DNA from: the human T2T-CHM13v2.0 reference genome, Homo sapiens
Assembly: GCF_009914755.1 (NCBI RefSeq)
Contig: NC_060940.1
Strand: one strand, 5' to 3'
Length of the DNA: 64,000 nucleotides
In this document: one piece after another, positions 1-12,599 of the stretch
Position numbering within the stretch: position 1 is the first letter of the stretch
Layout of the letters: each line of letters begins with the position of its first letter
The notes under the pieces: generated by a model
Seen by the model: the letters and a program-made list of their open reading frames with translations, nothing else
Told to the model about the DNA's origin: nothing
Databases searched by the model: none
Made by a program: the position numbers and the translations under genes

Positions 1-2479
1 GGACAGCAATTACTAAATGTTAGATGATAACAATTCATTTAATTTTTCTAGAACTTTTTAAGAATTTTTATATTAATTAACTAAAATCATGGAGACAAAA
101 GAAAAGAATAAATGTCCTGATAATTATCAAGGTTATTATTATTGTTATTAGTGATGTTGTTTGAAAAATACGATTTTCACTTCTACAGGAAGTTAATAAC
201 TGGTGGGCTTTTCATTCGATATTCTGGTGCCTTGTGGCTAGAGTCATAGGATTTGTTTAAAGTCCCCAAAATAGAGAAAGACAATGAGTGCATTGGTAGT
301 GAGAGAAAGAGAAGGATTTCTAATCATCGATGTCCTGCCCAGTTAGATATTTTTCCATAGATCCATCTATCTGGACGTTTCCATTAGTAATCCCTTTGAG
401 GACCGTTACCAAGGGGCCCAGTCGCACCTCCCACCCACGCAGAGTGTATTCAGCTGTGTGTGTGTCTCTCCATTGTTTCTCACAATTGGAGTCTGAGAGG
501 CCGTCATCTGCCCCACTCTCCTCTAGACTGTGGTCTCATTTTTCTACAGAGTTGAACTCTGGAGATAACATTGGTAAAAAATGTGAATAATTCAGGGCAC
601 ATTAGAACGCTCTTTGTTTAAATTCACTCCCACCCCATTTCTCTGCAAGGAGCCTGGTGAGGGGGAAGGCGTGAACAAAGTGAAATGGCCAAGCTGCATA
701 TTTAAAATTCCATCAGTTCGATTTCTTTAATGCAATATGGTCATTTAAAATCTTGCCCTGTTTGATAAATACCTGCATTTCAAGTAATTGTTAAGATTGT
801 GTCTGTTTTTATTAGAACTTGTTTGTCATTATTGGACAGTCGTTTCTAATCACATTTGTCATGTATTGAGTTTCCTTTATGAATACTGATAGCTCTTGGA
901 ATAGATGTTTATGAAGCCCCATTCATTCCTTGAGCACACACAGTATGCCTACCACCCAGGATACCATTTTTCTGGTCATTCAAAAATGAGAAAATGAATA
1001 GCAAAAATGAGTGGGAGGTTTATCTTTAGACACAGAAACTAGAATTATGGGGAAGTTTTTGGAATTTTGAGAACAGATTTCTGTGTAGTCAATTCCATCA
1101 ACTGTGTACTTGGGGAGTTTAGATATTCAGACAGTTCGAACACAATGCATTGACAAGTTTAGATTCAAAGTTGTCCACTGTATCAGTTCAGCTTGAATTC
1201 CTAGAACTGTGGGAAGCTTAACAGAGCCAAGTTGTGTCTAAAGTCATTCGGTGAGTAGATATCCACGCACTTATTTGACAAATAGTTATTTACAGTATTC
1301 ATTCACTCTGTGGCTGTTTATTTATTCAAGAGATGCTTATGCAGCCACTAATTTAATGAATAATTATGCTTTTTAATGGATATTTGTTAAATTTCTACTG
1401 TATCTAAAACACAGACGTGAAACTTCACAGCAGCTACATTATTGCCACCATGAGCCCACGAATCTCAGGAAAGTCCCTGGTCGCCATTTCACCTTCATAG
1501 AAAGGCCATGTGCTTCACCTACTTTATCCCATGTGGCCTCACAGCCTCTGTGAGGTGGAAGAATGTTCTGGACCATGATGAGTCTCTCTGTTAACGTTTT
1601 TTTTTTGTCTTTTACAGAGCAGGCATGGAGGGTCTTTTATTTCCAAAGCTTTATACACAATGCTCAAAATAAAAAAGACAAAGAAGACATGACTTCTATA
1701 AAAGCCTTATACCCCAGAGGCATGTCAGACACTCTGGGACTGAAACTTGAATTTTGGAGGGAAGTGGGGATTAAGATGAATGATGAATAAATGAATGAAC
1801 GAATGAATGGATGAATGAATCAGGCTACATTTTGGAGCCAGACATCTGTGCCTGATCTAGAAAGTAAGTCAGACAGAGAAGACTTCTAAGAACAAGCAGA
1901 ATCTCACCAGGCAGCTCAATCTGGCTGCAAACATTGGATTCCTCATGAATGCGGGACTTAATTATCAAAAGAAGCGAGGTGAGCATTTTCCAAATCTTCC
2001 TGCAAGTAGCATGGGCTTAGTTTTGACCCATGGTGGCCCTCACCTATCATCACTGTAGGTACTGCCTGGCTGGATATCAACCCCTAAGTCTGGTGGAGGA
2101 AGATCATGTGCACCCAACACTGGGTTGTCTGCAACGAGGAGAGATGCTGGGTTGAGGCGTGCATTCACAAACATCAATTATAAGACTCAGACCCCTCCAA
2201 ACACTTTCCCTCTTGCAAAAAGCTTATAATTAGGGAACTATAATCATGAGGTCAGCACCTCTCAAAGGAGCACCTTTGCAAACTTCACATGCCCAGCAAT
2301 ATCTCTTAACCTGTTTGGACAAGGGATCAAGGTGCAATCTGCTCTAACTTGCTTCCTTTAAAGTGGGCAATGTTAAAACCAGGTAATATGTCTAAATGCC
2401 CATGACTTAATTTCTCATGCTCTGCAAGCAAGAGTGAACCACAGGGGAAAGTATGGAGGAGTTGAAGTCAAAGAGCGAA

Positions 2480-2683
2480 AGCCAGATTTCCAATCTTTGT
2501 TCTGCCATGGATAATGGTATAAGCCTGAGCAAGGTCTCTGATGCTCAGTTTCCTCATCTGTAAAGTGGGGAGAAAGTCAAATCTACATGCCAGAGTTATT
2601 AGGAAGTTAGTACATTCCTCGTAATTTTCCTGGAGTGGCAACTGGCACATAGCAGAAACTCTACAAGTGATGATTATTATCAT
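2480..2683 (+). mobile_element. MIR SINE remnant
   Basis: MIR core CTCAGTTTCCTCATCTGTAAAGTGGGG and 3' end CTGGCACATAG...ATTATTATCATT. Confidence 0.8.
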
Positions 2684-4506
2684 TTATAAAACACGATATC
2701 ATTTCTCAAAAAAAGGACACACATTCCAAAAGCCACATTATTGCAAAATTACATGACACCCACTATTATCCAGTCCTTGATAAACCTCTTTATTTGTTCT
2801 AAGGTTTCTTACACTCAAGTGAAAAAAGGCCTTAGATGCTTCACTTGGGAAAGAAGCTTTTTATTAAGATAATACGGCATTTCAAAAGAACACAAAATCA
2901 TTTTCCAGTTTGATTTCGAGCCTAACATCAGTTAATTTCTCTTTGTTCTTCCTTTCTGGCTGTGCTCATGTCCCCCTTTGTGTGTGTACATTTATCCAAT
3001 GCAATCTAAGAAACAATCACCTTAATTGATCTAGCGTTAACCTCTAACAGCTTAAGACATAGGCTTTTTATCTATCGCTCAATCCTTGCTGCAGATGTAA
3101 TTCCCTATAGTGCTTACATCTTTGTCACCCTCACCAAGGGGGTCCTTCTCCAGAAAGCATTTCAGTAAATAAATACTGCTGCAAACAAAACAGACCACTC
3201 AACCAAGAGGCCCCACTGTTGCAGAAAAGCCTGGTTATGGTCTCATGCTTTACCTGGTGGTGTGCATAATGATGAATTTCATACAGGTGTCACCATTTTC
3301 AAGACCCCGGCAAGGATTGATGGCTTACAGTAGGCTGATCCATCATCCAAGGCAGCTGGCACCCTATCGGAATTTCAGGAATCTGTTCCCAATCACATTC
3401 ACTGTTGGGTGACTCAGTAACGACCCTATTTGCGGTGCGTTACTGAAAATCAATGTGCCACATTCAAGGTCAATGTACTGTTGGAAAACTCTTTAAGCTC
3501 TGATGGATGGATTGTGCTCATTCAGAATAAATGTGAGAAGAAAGTGACAGCTGAGCATCCCACAGCCGCGCCAACTTTCAAAGGCAGGTTTCCTACTTTA
3601 GTGGGCAGTGGGATTCGCAGAGGGATAACATCACAAACACCTTCTTGTTCTCTGTTTGGGGGAATGTGTCTGCATATGATAGTGTATCTTTCCATACACA
3701 GTTAAAACAATAACGTGCAGAATCTCTGTGGAGACATTTACCAGCCCAATGCTTTAACAATCATTGCAAATCCGTTTGGAATCTAAGTGTTTGATAGGAA
3801 CAAAATCAAGGCAAAGCATTAAGTAGACTATTTAAAATGTGTGTCTTTGGAGAAATAATTTGGAAAATAGCCAAAGATAAGACACTCGTTTAGTTCAGTT
3901 TATTTCGCAAACACAACATCTCCAAAATGTACCATGCATTGAACCCAAGGTCAATGATGCAAAGATAAAAGATTTGGAAACTTTAACTTTCACTCCAGAA
4001 GTTTAAAGGCAAAGACAAGAGATAGATACACAACCAAATTATTAAGTGCAGTGAGATATATACCTGTGCACAGACATATAGACAAAGGTTAGTGTATAAT
4101 GATATAAATATAAGGTAAGAGCACGAGAAGGTGTTATCCGTTCTCCCTGGGGTCATTTACCTACTGGAATGGTTGTGATTAACACCTAGAAAAGTGGAAA
4201 AGAAAGCAAGTTGAGGTTTGCTTATTGATTTCTGGTTTTCAGTATATTTAAATATTTTTTAAAAAGAGATCCTCGAAGTGGTGAAGTAACCTTTTAAGTA
4301 AGAGACATTAGGATATAAAATAGATGACATTTTATCACTGTAACAATTTCCTTCCAGTGACCTGTTTATCAACCAAGCAGAGATAATGCTTGACCAAGCT
4401 TCTCCATGTTCTCAGTGTATTCCAGTGAAAAGTCAGGAACATTTACTGAGGAAAATTATAAAATGTGTGTTTTATCTCCTTGGATAGAGAATAAATTTTA
4501 CTAAAG

Positions 4507-4752
4507 TTCTTCTTTTCTCCTTCTCCTTCTCTTTCTCCTCCTCCTTCTCATCCCCCTCCTCTTCCCCCTCTCCTTCTCCTCCTCTTCCTCCTCCTTCTCC
4601 TCCTCCTCCTTCTTCTTTCTCTTCTTCTTCTTCTTCTTCTTCTTCTTCTTCTTCTTCTTCTTCTTCTTCTTCTTCTTCTTCTTCTTCTTCTTCTTCTTCT
4701 TCTTCTCCTTCCTGTCTCTATCATCTATCTATCTATCTCTCTCTCTCTCTTT
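4507..4752. repeat. Polypyrimidine tract containing pure (CTT)28 (4621-4704), followed by (TCTA)/(TC) repeats
   Basis: Read directly; 4507-4713 has a single purine (A4550). Confidence 0.97.
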
Positions 4753-5189
4753 AATTTTTAGCTTCCAAAAGGAAAATATAATGTATTGCCTATGGATTAC
4801 ATAAAAGAAAAATGTGGTAGCTGATAGATAATACAATTGATTTGAGGACTATTTAGAAATGGTTAATTTAAACAAAGTGATGATCCTAAAGACATCAAGA
4901 GAAAATGCAATGGTAGACATTTCCTGGTTCTCAATAATCAGGTTGGATCAACTTAATAATATGTTTGCATGTTTTTCTTCTCTTTATAGGCAACGACTGA
5001 GTCACCTGTAACGTCTAGCACCTCGAATGATACCTAGCATGTAATCATTGCTGAATAAAGAGCTGTGGATGAATGAATAAGTGAGTGAATGAGTGCATGA
5101 ATTAGATGCGTGGATAAGCCATAAGGGAGGCAAGTGTATTTTTTTGTTGTGTGGAAAATGCCTTTAGCATTCATTTGCTTAGAAGTCTT

Positions 5190-5223
5190 TGTGTGTGTGT
5201 GCACGCACGTGTGTGTGTGTGCA
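5190..5223. repeat. Interrupted (TG)n microsatellite
   Basis: TGTGTGTGTGTGCACGCACGTGTGTGTGTGTGCA. Confidence 0.9.
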
Positions 5224-5405
5224 TGTTTCCTATATCCAATCTTCCCACCTGCATCAATAATTCTGCCTGGTGACATAATTTCTCTGTAAAGCTTTAGGTG
5301 TCTCATCCCCTGCTTGGGATGATCATATGAGTTGATAGTTTCACTGTTTCTACAAATTGGGGTTCCCCAGCTTCCTTTTTATTTGACAGTCTAGTAATGC
5401 CTGTA

Positions 5406-5517
5406 TTCCAAGTCATATTTATTCTAGCATCCACTCATGCATTCATTATTCAAGCATTTATTAGCACGTATGGTATGTCAGGAACTATGCCAGGCACTTG
5501 GAAGATGAAGTCTAAGA
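5406..5517 (+). repeat. Copy A of local direct duplication (partner 6819-6933); overlaps an L2 3' end
   Basis: Manual alignment of TTCCAAGTCATATTTATTC...GCCAGGCACTTGGA gives 7 mismatches over the 97-bp core. Confidence 0.92.
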
Positions 5518-5969
5518 AATGTTCCCTTTCCTGAAGTTGCTCAGCCCATAGGCGTTGGGAGGTACGTAATAAAATATGTAAAAGGGTAACTTTAAATAAT
5601 TCATAATTGGAAATACAACAGATAAACTGAACAACACATGAGGTGAATTATAGGGGTGGAGAGAGCAATTTGAGATAACGTTTAACTAAATATAACATCA
5701 CAGCTGAGCCTGCGTATCCAATGAGAAGGGACATTTATGGTAGAGAAGAGTAATGGGGTATGTCAGACAAGAAAACCACATTTATAGAATCAAGAAGATG
5801 GAAAACAGGAAGACGTGCTTGAGAAATGAGGCTATTTCTATTGGGCAAAGATTGGCAGGCAAGGGAAGAAAATAAGGTGAAAAGAGTAGATCATCACTCA
5901 ACCATAAAGAGTCATATCTTCATTCCCAAGACTTTAGGATTAAACTTGCGGACAATAGGGAGCCATCGA

Positions 5970-6440
5970 CCATTTTATCTTTCTACATTACTGTATAACA
6001 TGCCTACAGACAAATGCACAGCAAAATGAGTACATTCATATTGCAACTCTTAGATCAAAAACAGGACACAGCCACCACCCACAGCCCCCAACACTTGCCC
6101 ATTTGCAGTTACTACCTCAGCCAGGGTCCCCACTATCTTATTTCGAATAGCACAGATTGACTTTCTCAGTTTTGAACTTCATGTAAGTGGGATAATACAG
6201 TGCACACTTTGACACATTATTATGTAGGTTAGATTCATAATATTGTTCTATATAGCTGTAGGTCATTGCTTTGTATTGCTGTTCAGTATTTGATTGCATA
6301 AATACACCACAACTTTAAAATCTATTCTAATTTCAATGTGTATTTTATGTCATTCGCATTTTGGAATTATGACAAATAGTGTTGCTAGGAACATGCTATT
6401 AAGTGTCTTTTGGTGAACATATGTACACATTTTGGTAGGG
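5970..6440 (-). mobile_element. Old L1M (L1MB/L1ME-like) 3' fragment
   Basis: Antisense L1M 3' motifs TTTTGAACTTCATGTAAGTGGGATAATACAG and TCTTTTGGTGAACATATGTACACATTT. Confidence 0.75.
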
Positions 6441-6558
6441 TTGTTCTAATATATGTTGTTCTATATATAGATATATGTTGTTCTAATATATGCTGTTCTA
6501 ATATATGTTGTTCTATGCTGTAATATGTGTTGTTCTAAGTATGGTTGTTCTAATATAT
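6441..6558. repeat. Degenerate tandem repeat, unit about TTGTTCTAATATATG (15 bp), about 7-8 copies
   Basis: Repeated TTGTTCTA(A)TATATG read directly. Confidence 0.9.
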
Positions 6559-6747
6559 TTTTCAGTCATAAAATAGACTTCTGCTTGTTATACATACTCA
6601 CACATCCATAATTTTTTATTTATTCAATTAATGATCATCTTTTCAATTAGAGTCTAAGTTTTGTGAATGTGGAGATCACAGGTGCCTTTTTTTATCTTTG
6701 CATCTTTAGTGGCTAGTACCATGTTTGCCAGATGACAGGAGATACAT

Positions 6748-6748
<1 letters not shown>

Positions 6749-6780
<32 letters not shown>
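6749..6780. repeat. (CA)16 microsatellite
   Basis: Read directly. Confidence 0.97.
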
Positions 6781-6781
<1 letters not shown>

Positions 6782-6818
6782 CACCTGCCTAAACAAATGC
6801 ACAAACGTCTATGTTCTT

Positions 6819-6933
6819 TTCCAAGTCATATTTATTCCAGCATCTACTCATGCATTTATTATTCAAGCATTTATTAGCACATATGATTTGTCAGGAACAA
6901 TGCCAGGCACTTGGATGATAAAGAAGCCTAAGA
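6819..6933 (+). repeat. Copy B of local direct duplication (partner 5406-5517)
   Basis: Manual alignment to 5406-5517. Confidence 0.92.
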
Positions 6934-7785
6934 TGAGACATCTTCCCCGAGGTTGCTTTCTCATTTAGAACACAGACATTTTGTTTATGGTAGACAAAGA
7001 TTATATTTCCCTCAGATTCTTCTTTGTAGACAGAAGCAGTATAATACTCTATATTCTTAACTATTGAATCTGTTATTGAGGATGAAAATGGAGAATTACA
7101 GGTGATATAATAAATTAATTTCTATGTTGTGCCAAAATACCCAGCAAGTGTTGGAATTCGATCAAAAAAGTCGTTAACGGAATGAGGAAGACAATTTTTA
7201 AAATTCTGATAACTTCCAATAACACTAGTGTAGCTAAAGAGTTTAGTGGGATGAAGGGTGGTTTGGAAGAAAATAGCCCATTCAGGAGACTGTTGTAAAT
7301 GTCCCCTTCGTGTGGAGATGTTTCTGCATTGCCTTAAATACAGCCTATGTCTGCTTTTGAGAATTAATAGCAGGAAAAAATGTCGAAGGAAAAATGTAAA
7401 AGTAATGCATCTATATGCTTTCACAGGACCTTATCCCAACTCCAAATTCACAATCGTCAATTAAAGAGCTGGCTCTCTTTCCACTGATTAATTTCCACTT
7501 GGCCATTGTTAATAACAAGTCTGGAGAAATGTGTTTACACAGGGCAAAACGGGGAATGAAAAACACAGCATACATGCATAAGTCATCATTTAAACAGCAT
7601 CAAAAGTGAGAGGGTGGCTATATTAAGCCGAAGCCCTTTGGCTTCCTCCCTGAACCTTGCTTGCCATGGAGAAACCTTTAATTGTATTATATTAGTGGCA
7701 ATGAATGACAATGATACAGGCACAGACTTGGAATTAAAAGCGGCTTAGTGATATATCAGTTTATATCTTCCCCGTTCTTTAAATC

Positions 7786-8180
7786 TGATTAGTTATTTAT
7801 TGCTGTGGGAAAAAAAATCATCCCAAAACTTGGTTGATTAAAACCACAATATTCATTGATTATCTCATACTCTCTGTGGGTCAGAAATTCAGGAGTGGAT
7901 CTGCAGTTCCACCTCACTGTATCTCATGAGTTCAAAGTTAAGTGGTGGCTAGGATTGGGGTCATCTGGAAGGCTTTCTGGCTTTCATATCTGGGGCCTGG
8001 GCTTCGAAGACTTGAGCAGAGGGATGCTGGAGCAAGTGGGCACCCCAGGAATCTCTAGACTTACCTAGATTCAAGAGGAAGAAACCTAGACCTCATTTGT
8101 AGATGCAGGTGTTAGCATTACATTGTAAGAAAAGCATATGGGATTAGCATGATCATTTTTGGCAAATACTATCTGCCACC
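7786..8180 (-). mobile_element. MaLR solo LTR, MLT1 family (MLT1H-like)
   Basis: Antisense end ATTAGTTATTTATTGCTG...CCCAAAACTTGG; other end CAAATACTATCTGCCAC. Confidence 0.75.
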
Positions 8181-8408
8181 AACTGATTGCTGCAATGTTG
8201 GGAGCATAATTCCTGTTTTCCTTGGCCATTTCCAGGCCAGTGGGGAACAGCTGAATTAGGACCTGAAAGAAGGTGTCTATTCACTGATGGGCTAGCTGTC
8301 TGGGGCAGCCACTGTCGCTTCACTCTGAGTCTATATTGCTACTTTATGCAGAACCAAAAATCTGTCCTCCTCTGGCTTTTATCTACACGAATTAGGTTCT
8401 AGCCACCT

Positions 8409-8774
8409 TGTTATGGACTGAATGCTTAAGTTCCCCACAAATTCATATGTGGAAACTCTAACCCACAGTGTGATGGTATTTGGAGTTGAGGACTTTGGGA
8501 GGTAAATAGGTTTAGATTAGGTTATATCCTCTCCTAAAGAGATTAGTGGTGCCCTGATAAGAGGAAGGGAAAGAAATAGCTTTCTCCATACTCATTCACA
8601 GAGGAAAGGTCACATAAGCACACAGCGAGGCAGAATGGGCCCCTCATGAACAGAGTCTGGGGTCACCTTGATCTTGGACTTCCCAGCTTCCAGAATTGTG
8701 AGAAATAAATAACGGATTGTTCAAACCACTCAGTCTCTGTTATTTTGTTATAACCACTTGAGCTGACTGAGACA
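8409..8774 (+). mobile_element. MaLR solo LTR, MLT1A-like
   Basis: TGTTATGGACTGAATG...TTGATCTTGGACTTCCCAGCTTCCAGAATTGTGAGAAATAAAT...GACTGAGACA; TG...CA ends; near-TSD CACCT/CACTT. Confidence 0.88.
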
Positions 8775-8874
8775 CACTTGTACTGGGCCTTATCTCTGTA
8801 AGCCTATATACCTGGTGGCCCATATACATGTCGAATATATGAACCAATGGTTCAACCAATTAATTAATACTATC

Positions 8875-9274
8875 TATATTAATTTCCTTTGACTGTCATA
8901 ACAAAGAACCATAGACTGGGCAGCTTAAACAACAGAAATTTACTTTCTCACAGCTTTGGCGGCTGGAAGTTTAAGATCAAGGTGCCTGCAGAGCTGGTTT
9001 CCCCGAGGCCTCTCTTCTGGGCTTGCAGATGGCCACCCCCTTGCTGCCTCTTCATATGGTCATCCTCTGTTCTGTGTGCTCCTGGCATCTCTCCCTATTC
9101 TTACAAGGACACCAGCCACATTAGATTAGAGCCCACCCTGAGGGCCTCATTTTAACCTGATCAGTTCTCTAAGGGTATTATTTCTGAATATAGTTACATT
9201 AGGATGTATTATGGGTTGAAACTGTAACATACAAAATTTTGCTTTTGGAGAAGGGTCCAATTCTGCCCATAGCA
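8875..9274 (-). mobile_element. MaLR solo LTR, MLT1B-like
   Basis: ATAACAAAGAACCATAGACTGGGCAGCTTAAACAACAGAAATTTA...AAGATCAAGGTG...AAGGACACCAG...CCCATAGCA. Confidence 0.88.
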
Positions 9275-9899
9275 TAGTCTAAGAAACCCGAAAGTAAGAC
9301 TGCTCTTTTATTCACATGACTATCTTGAAAACACATGCAAACAGTGATCTTATTGCTCCCCCTCAACTCCCTCTTCTCTAAGCTCAAATCAATGCCCTTA
9401 GCACCACTGATCTCCCCTGAAGCTAGAGCACCCACCATTTCATCCAGGAGCTAGACGTTGGTAGAATGTAGCAAGGAGGTCATTCCCCTGCCTTTGAAGC
9501 TATCTCTTAAAAACCACTTTACTAATAGTTTCCTTGGTTTTGTTTCTCATTATCTTTCATGAAAACTTAATTGACCTTAAGTGTACCAGTGTTTTTATAA
9601 TTATATCCTTTCATATTTATAACCTTGAGGTGAATTCAATATTGTTATACTCATTTTATGGGTATAGATACTGAGGATAAAAGAATTCAGCAGAGATATA
9701 GGTCTCATGATAGTGTTTGAATATGCACCTGAAGTTGTGTCATATGCAGCACTTTTCACTCTTTCAATACTTTCAATGGCTGTGTGAGGAGAGTGCTAGA
9801 GCCTTCCTCTGAGCAAGCAAGTGAGGTCAGAGGGGCCGGGTAATGCTTCCTTGATTGCATTTCCTTGTCTTTTCTTTGCACCTTTTGAACACTTTTATG

Positions 9900-10210
9900 T
9901 GCACATTTGTTAAATACATTTGGATCATAAAAATAATGCATGTCTATGGTTCACAATTTAGAAGGTATAAATAACCTTAAATCTGAGAATAAAAAATCAC
10001 CTAGTATCCCACTAACCTAAAATAATAGCTCAGATGTTCCTTTTTAACATCTAGATACATATGAACACGTGAGTGTGAGCATAAACACTTTTTATACATA
10101 TAACATTCCTATATTACAATATTATAAAATGTTCTTCAAAAACTTGATTTTTAATGGCTGCTGAATAATTTCATTGTGTATACGTAGCCCAATTTATGCA
10201 ATAATTAGCC
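9900..10210 (-). mobile_element. Ancient L1ME-like fragment
   Basis: TTTTTAATGGCTGCTGAATAATTTCATTGTGTATA motif typical of antisense L1ME. Confidence 0.55.
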
Positions 10211-10779
10211 TTCCTTTTGAAAAGAACGTAAGATCATAATGTAATTCTCATGATTCCATTAATTACACTTTCTTGCTAAAATACTCATTTCATTTCTTGG
10301 TAAAAAGAAAAAAAAAACTAATTTCTTTAGCTTACAATATCATCTGTTGGCCTAATGAGGCTATGTAGATTCTACTCCTAAACCATAGAATACTGTAGCT
10401 GAAGGCCTCGTGGAAATGACCAGCTCCAACTTCTTTAACGCATAATGCAGAGAACTAAGTCCCAGAGAGGGGAGGGGGCTTTCTAAAGCCAAAAACAAAA
10501 TCTGAAACTACAATTCGTGCCTTCTGGGGTACAGAGTGAAGCTTCAATCGTTATGAAATGAGATGTCTTTTTCATTTCTTTACTCATTCAACAAATATGC
10601 ATTGCATGCTTGGCAGGCACCAGGCACTATATATAAAGCAAGAATGAGATAGACCTGTCCCCTGCTCCATAGAACTCCAAGAGTTGCCACATCCCTGTCT
10701 TTCATCCAGAGGTCACCCACAGTTTTCTGAACATGTGGATACAGCTTCCTGCGTCTCTCTAGTGAGGGAAATTCTCCAT

Positions 10780-11229
10780 TCTCAGTGCCCAGCCCTCTTG
10801 CTAGACAGGCTGAAGTGTCCAAGAATTAACATTCCAGAAGTGACCCTCAACCAAGGATGAATGAAAGTTAGTGGATTAATATCCAAGGTTTCTTGTGTTC
10901 CCCCTCAGGCAGTGAGACAGTTCTGAGGCATAGTCTACAGTGCCTCGCAGGTCCCAGGGGGATGGAGCCTCAGTGATTCCCAGAGGAACCACTCTTGTTT
11001 TTCTCACAGCACTTCCTGGGATCACTGCCTTAGATAATGACAGAAACAAGGAAAACACAATTCCAGACTGTTCTGTACTTTGAATATTATGGCAGCTTTG
11101 CACTAGAATATTAATTGGGCAAAGAAAAGAAAATATATACTTAAGCTAAGAAATCCATTTGACCTGTGAGTCACCTGAAATAAATGCTTGTCTCAGGTTC
11201 TGCTTTTGAGAGAAAACCAAACCAAGACA
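10780..11229 (+). mobile_element. ERVL LTR16-like solo LTR remnant
   Basis: GAATTAACATTCC...CCCTCAACCAA...GACAGTTCTGAGGCAT and terminal TTGTCTCAGGTTCTGCTTTTG...ACCAAGACA. Confidence 0.65.
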
Positions 11230-11310
11230 AGATATCTATGTTTACTATGTGTATTCCATAAAGGAAAAGTTATAAGATGTCATCTGTATACACAGTAGGG
11301 AAACTCTTCC

Positions 11311-11809
11311 ACTTATCTATTGTTCCACAACAAACAAACTGTATTCTCTTAAAACAATCAGTTATTACTTCTTATGGGTCTGGGGTAGATGGGCTCAGCT
11401 GGGCAGTTCCCCTTTATGGTCCCTCCTATAAATGCTGTCAGATGGTAGCTAAGATTAGAGTCACCTGAAGGCTTTTTCATTCATATCTCTGATGGGTGAA
11501 CTGGATGGGCATCCCTCTTTACATGGAGTCCTCCATGTGGCTAGCTCGGGCTTCCCTACATCATGGTAGTTGAAAGTTAAACTTTTTCTACTTTGGATGT
11601 CTTCCTTAAGTTCCCATTCCAAGAGACAGCAAATGCAACCTGTCAGTATTAAAGCCTGAGTTTGGAAACTGGTACGGTCTCCCTTCTGCAATATCCTCTT
11701 GGACAAGCAGTCACAGAACCTACCCAGGCTCAAGGAAAAGGACATGAATGCCCCCTTCCCCTTTGATGGGAGGAGTGTCCAATACTTTTATTCATCTTAT
11801 ATCTACCAA
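11311..11809 (-). mobile_element. Old MaLR LTR (MLT1 family)
   Basis: GGGCTCAGCTGGGCAGTTC, CTCCATGTGGCTAGCTCGGGCTTCC, AAGCAGTCACAG...TTGATGGGAGGAGTG. Confidence 0.75.
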
Positions 11810-12329
11810 AGAAACTTAACTATTTACAGTGATTTGGGGGGGAGAATAAGGCAGCACCTGTTCGAATAAGGTATATTTAAGATGACACCTGAAGATAGGA
11901 GAGTGCCAGGCTGAGAGGCATAAGGGAGGAGGGAAAAGGGAACGCATTCCAGGCAGGAGGAAAAGTATGTGCACAGACACTTGGCGTTTTGAAGACCTGA
12001 AAAAAATGTCAGTGTGGATGATGGCAATAAGCCTGGAGGACAGATTAGGAGGGAACACCTGCAGAGATAGCAAAGGCCTGGTCAGGGTGGCCCACGAAGG
12101 TGGTGCTAAGTATGCTACTGTGTCCTTTAATAGAAATCAGCATCAAGGATTATCATGATGTAATTTATATATTTTAAAAATCTCTCTAGCTCAGAAACAC
12201 TCGAAGTGTGAGTGTCAGACCAGCCCCAGATTGCGAAGTTTGTTACCAGGCAAACGTTGTTACCCATTAGATGGTATAGAATTTGAGCATAAGCATTCAG
12301 AAACTTTCTTAGCATTTGAAACTGCTGTA

Positions 12330-12429
12330 ATATCCAAGCATATATGCATAAATATATATATGCATATATCCAAATATATATTTATGCATATATCCAAACA
12401 TATATGTCTGTGTGTGTATTGGATACTAT

Positions 12430-12462
<33 letters not shown>

Positions 12463-12503
12463 CATGCATATATATATATATATATCTCCAAGATATAAAT
12501 ATA
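12330..12503. repeat. AT-rich compound repeat (ATATCCAA..ATATAT..GCAT units, (CA)13, (TA)n)
   Basis: Read directly. Confidence 0.9.
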
Positions 12504-12599
12504 TTGCATTTTACAAGAATATTGATCCACAATGCATTGGGGGAAAAAACACTTAGCCTTTTACCATAGTTTATAAAACACTGCTCTAGCTAAGGGACC

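Noticed and set aside
5160-6810. Apparent inverted similarity between 5160-5240 and 6730-6810
   Set aside because: Driven mostly by (TG)n versus (CA)n tracts with only short flanking matches, and the 6730 side is explained by an L2 end; not distinguishable from chance by eye.
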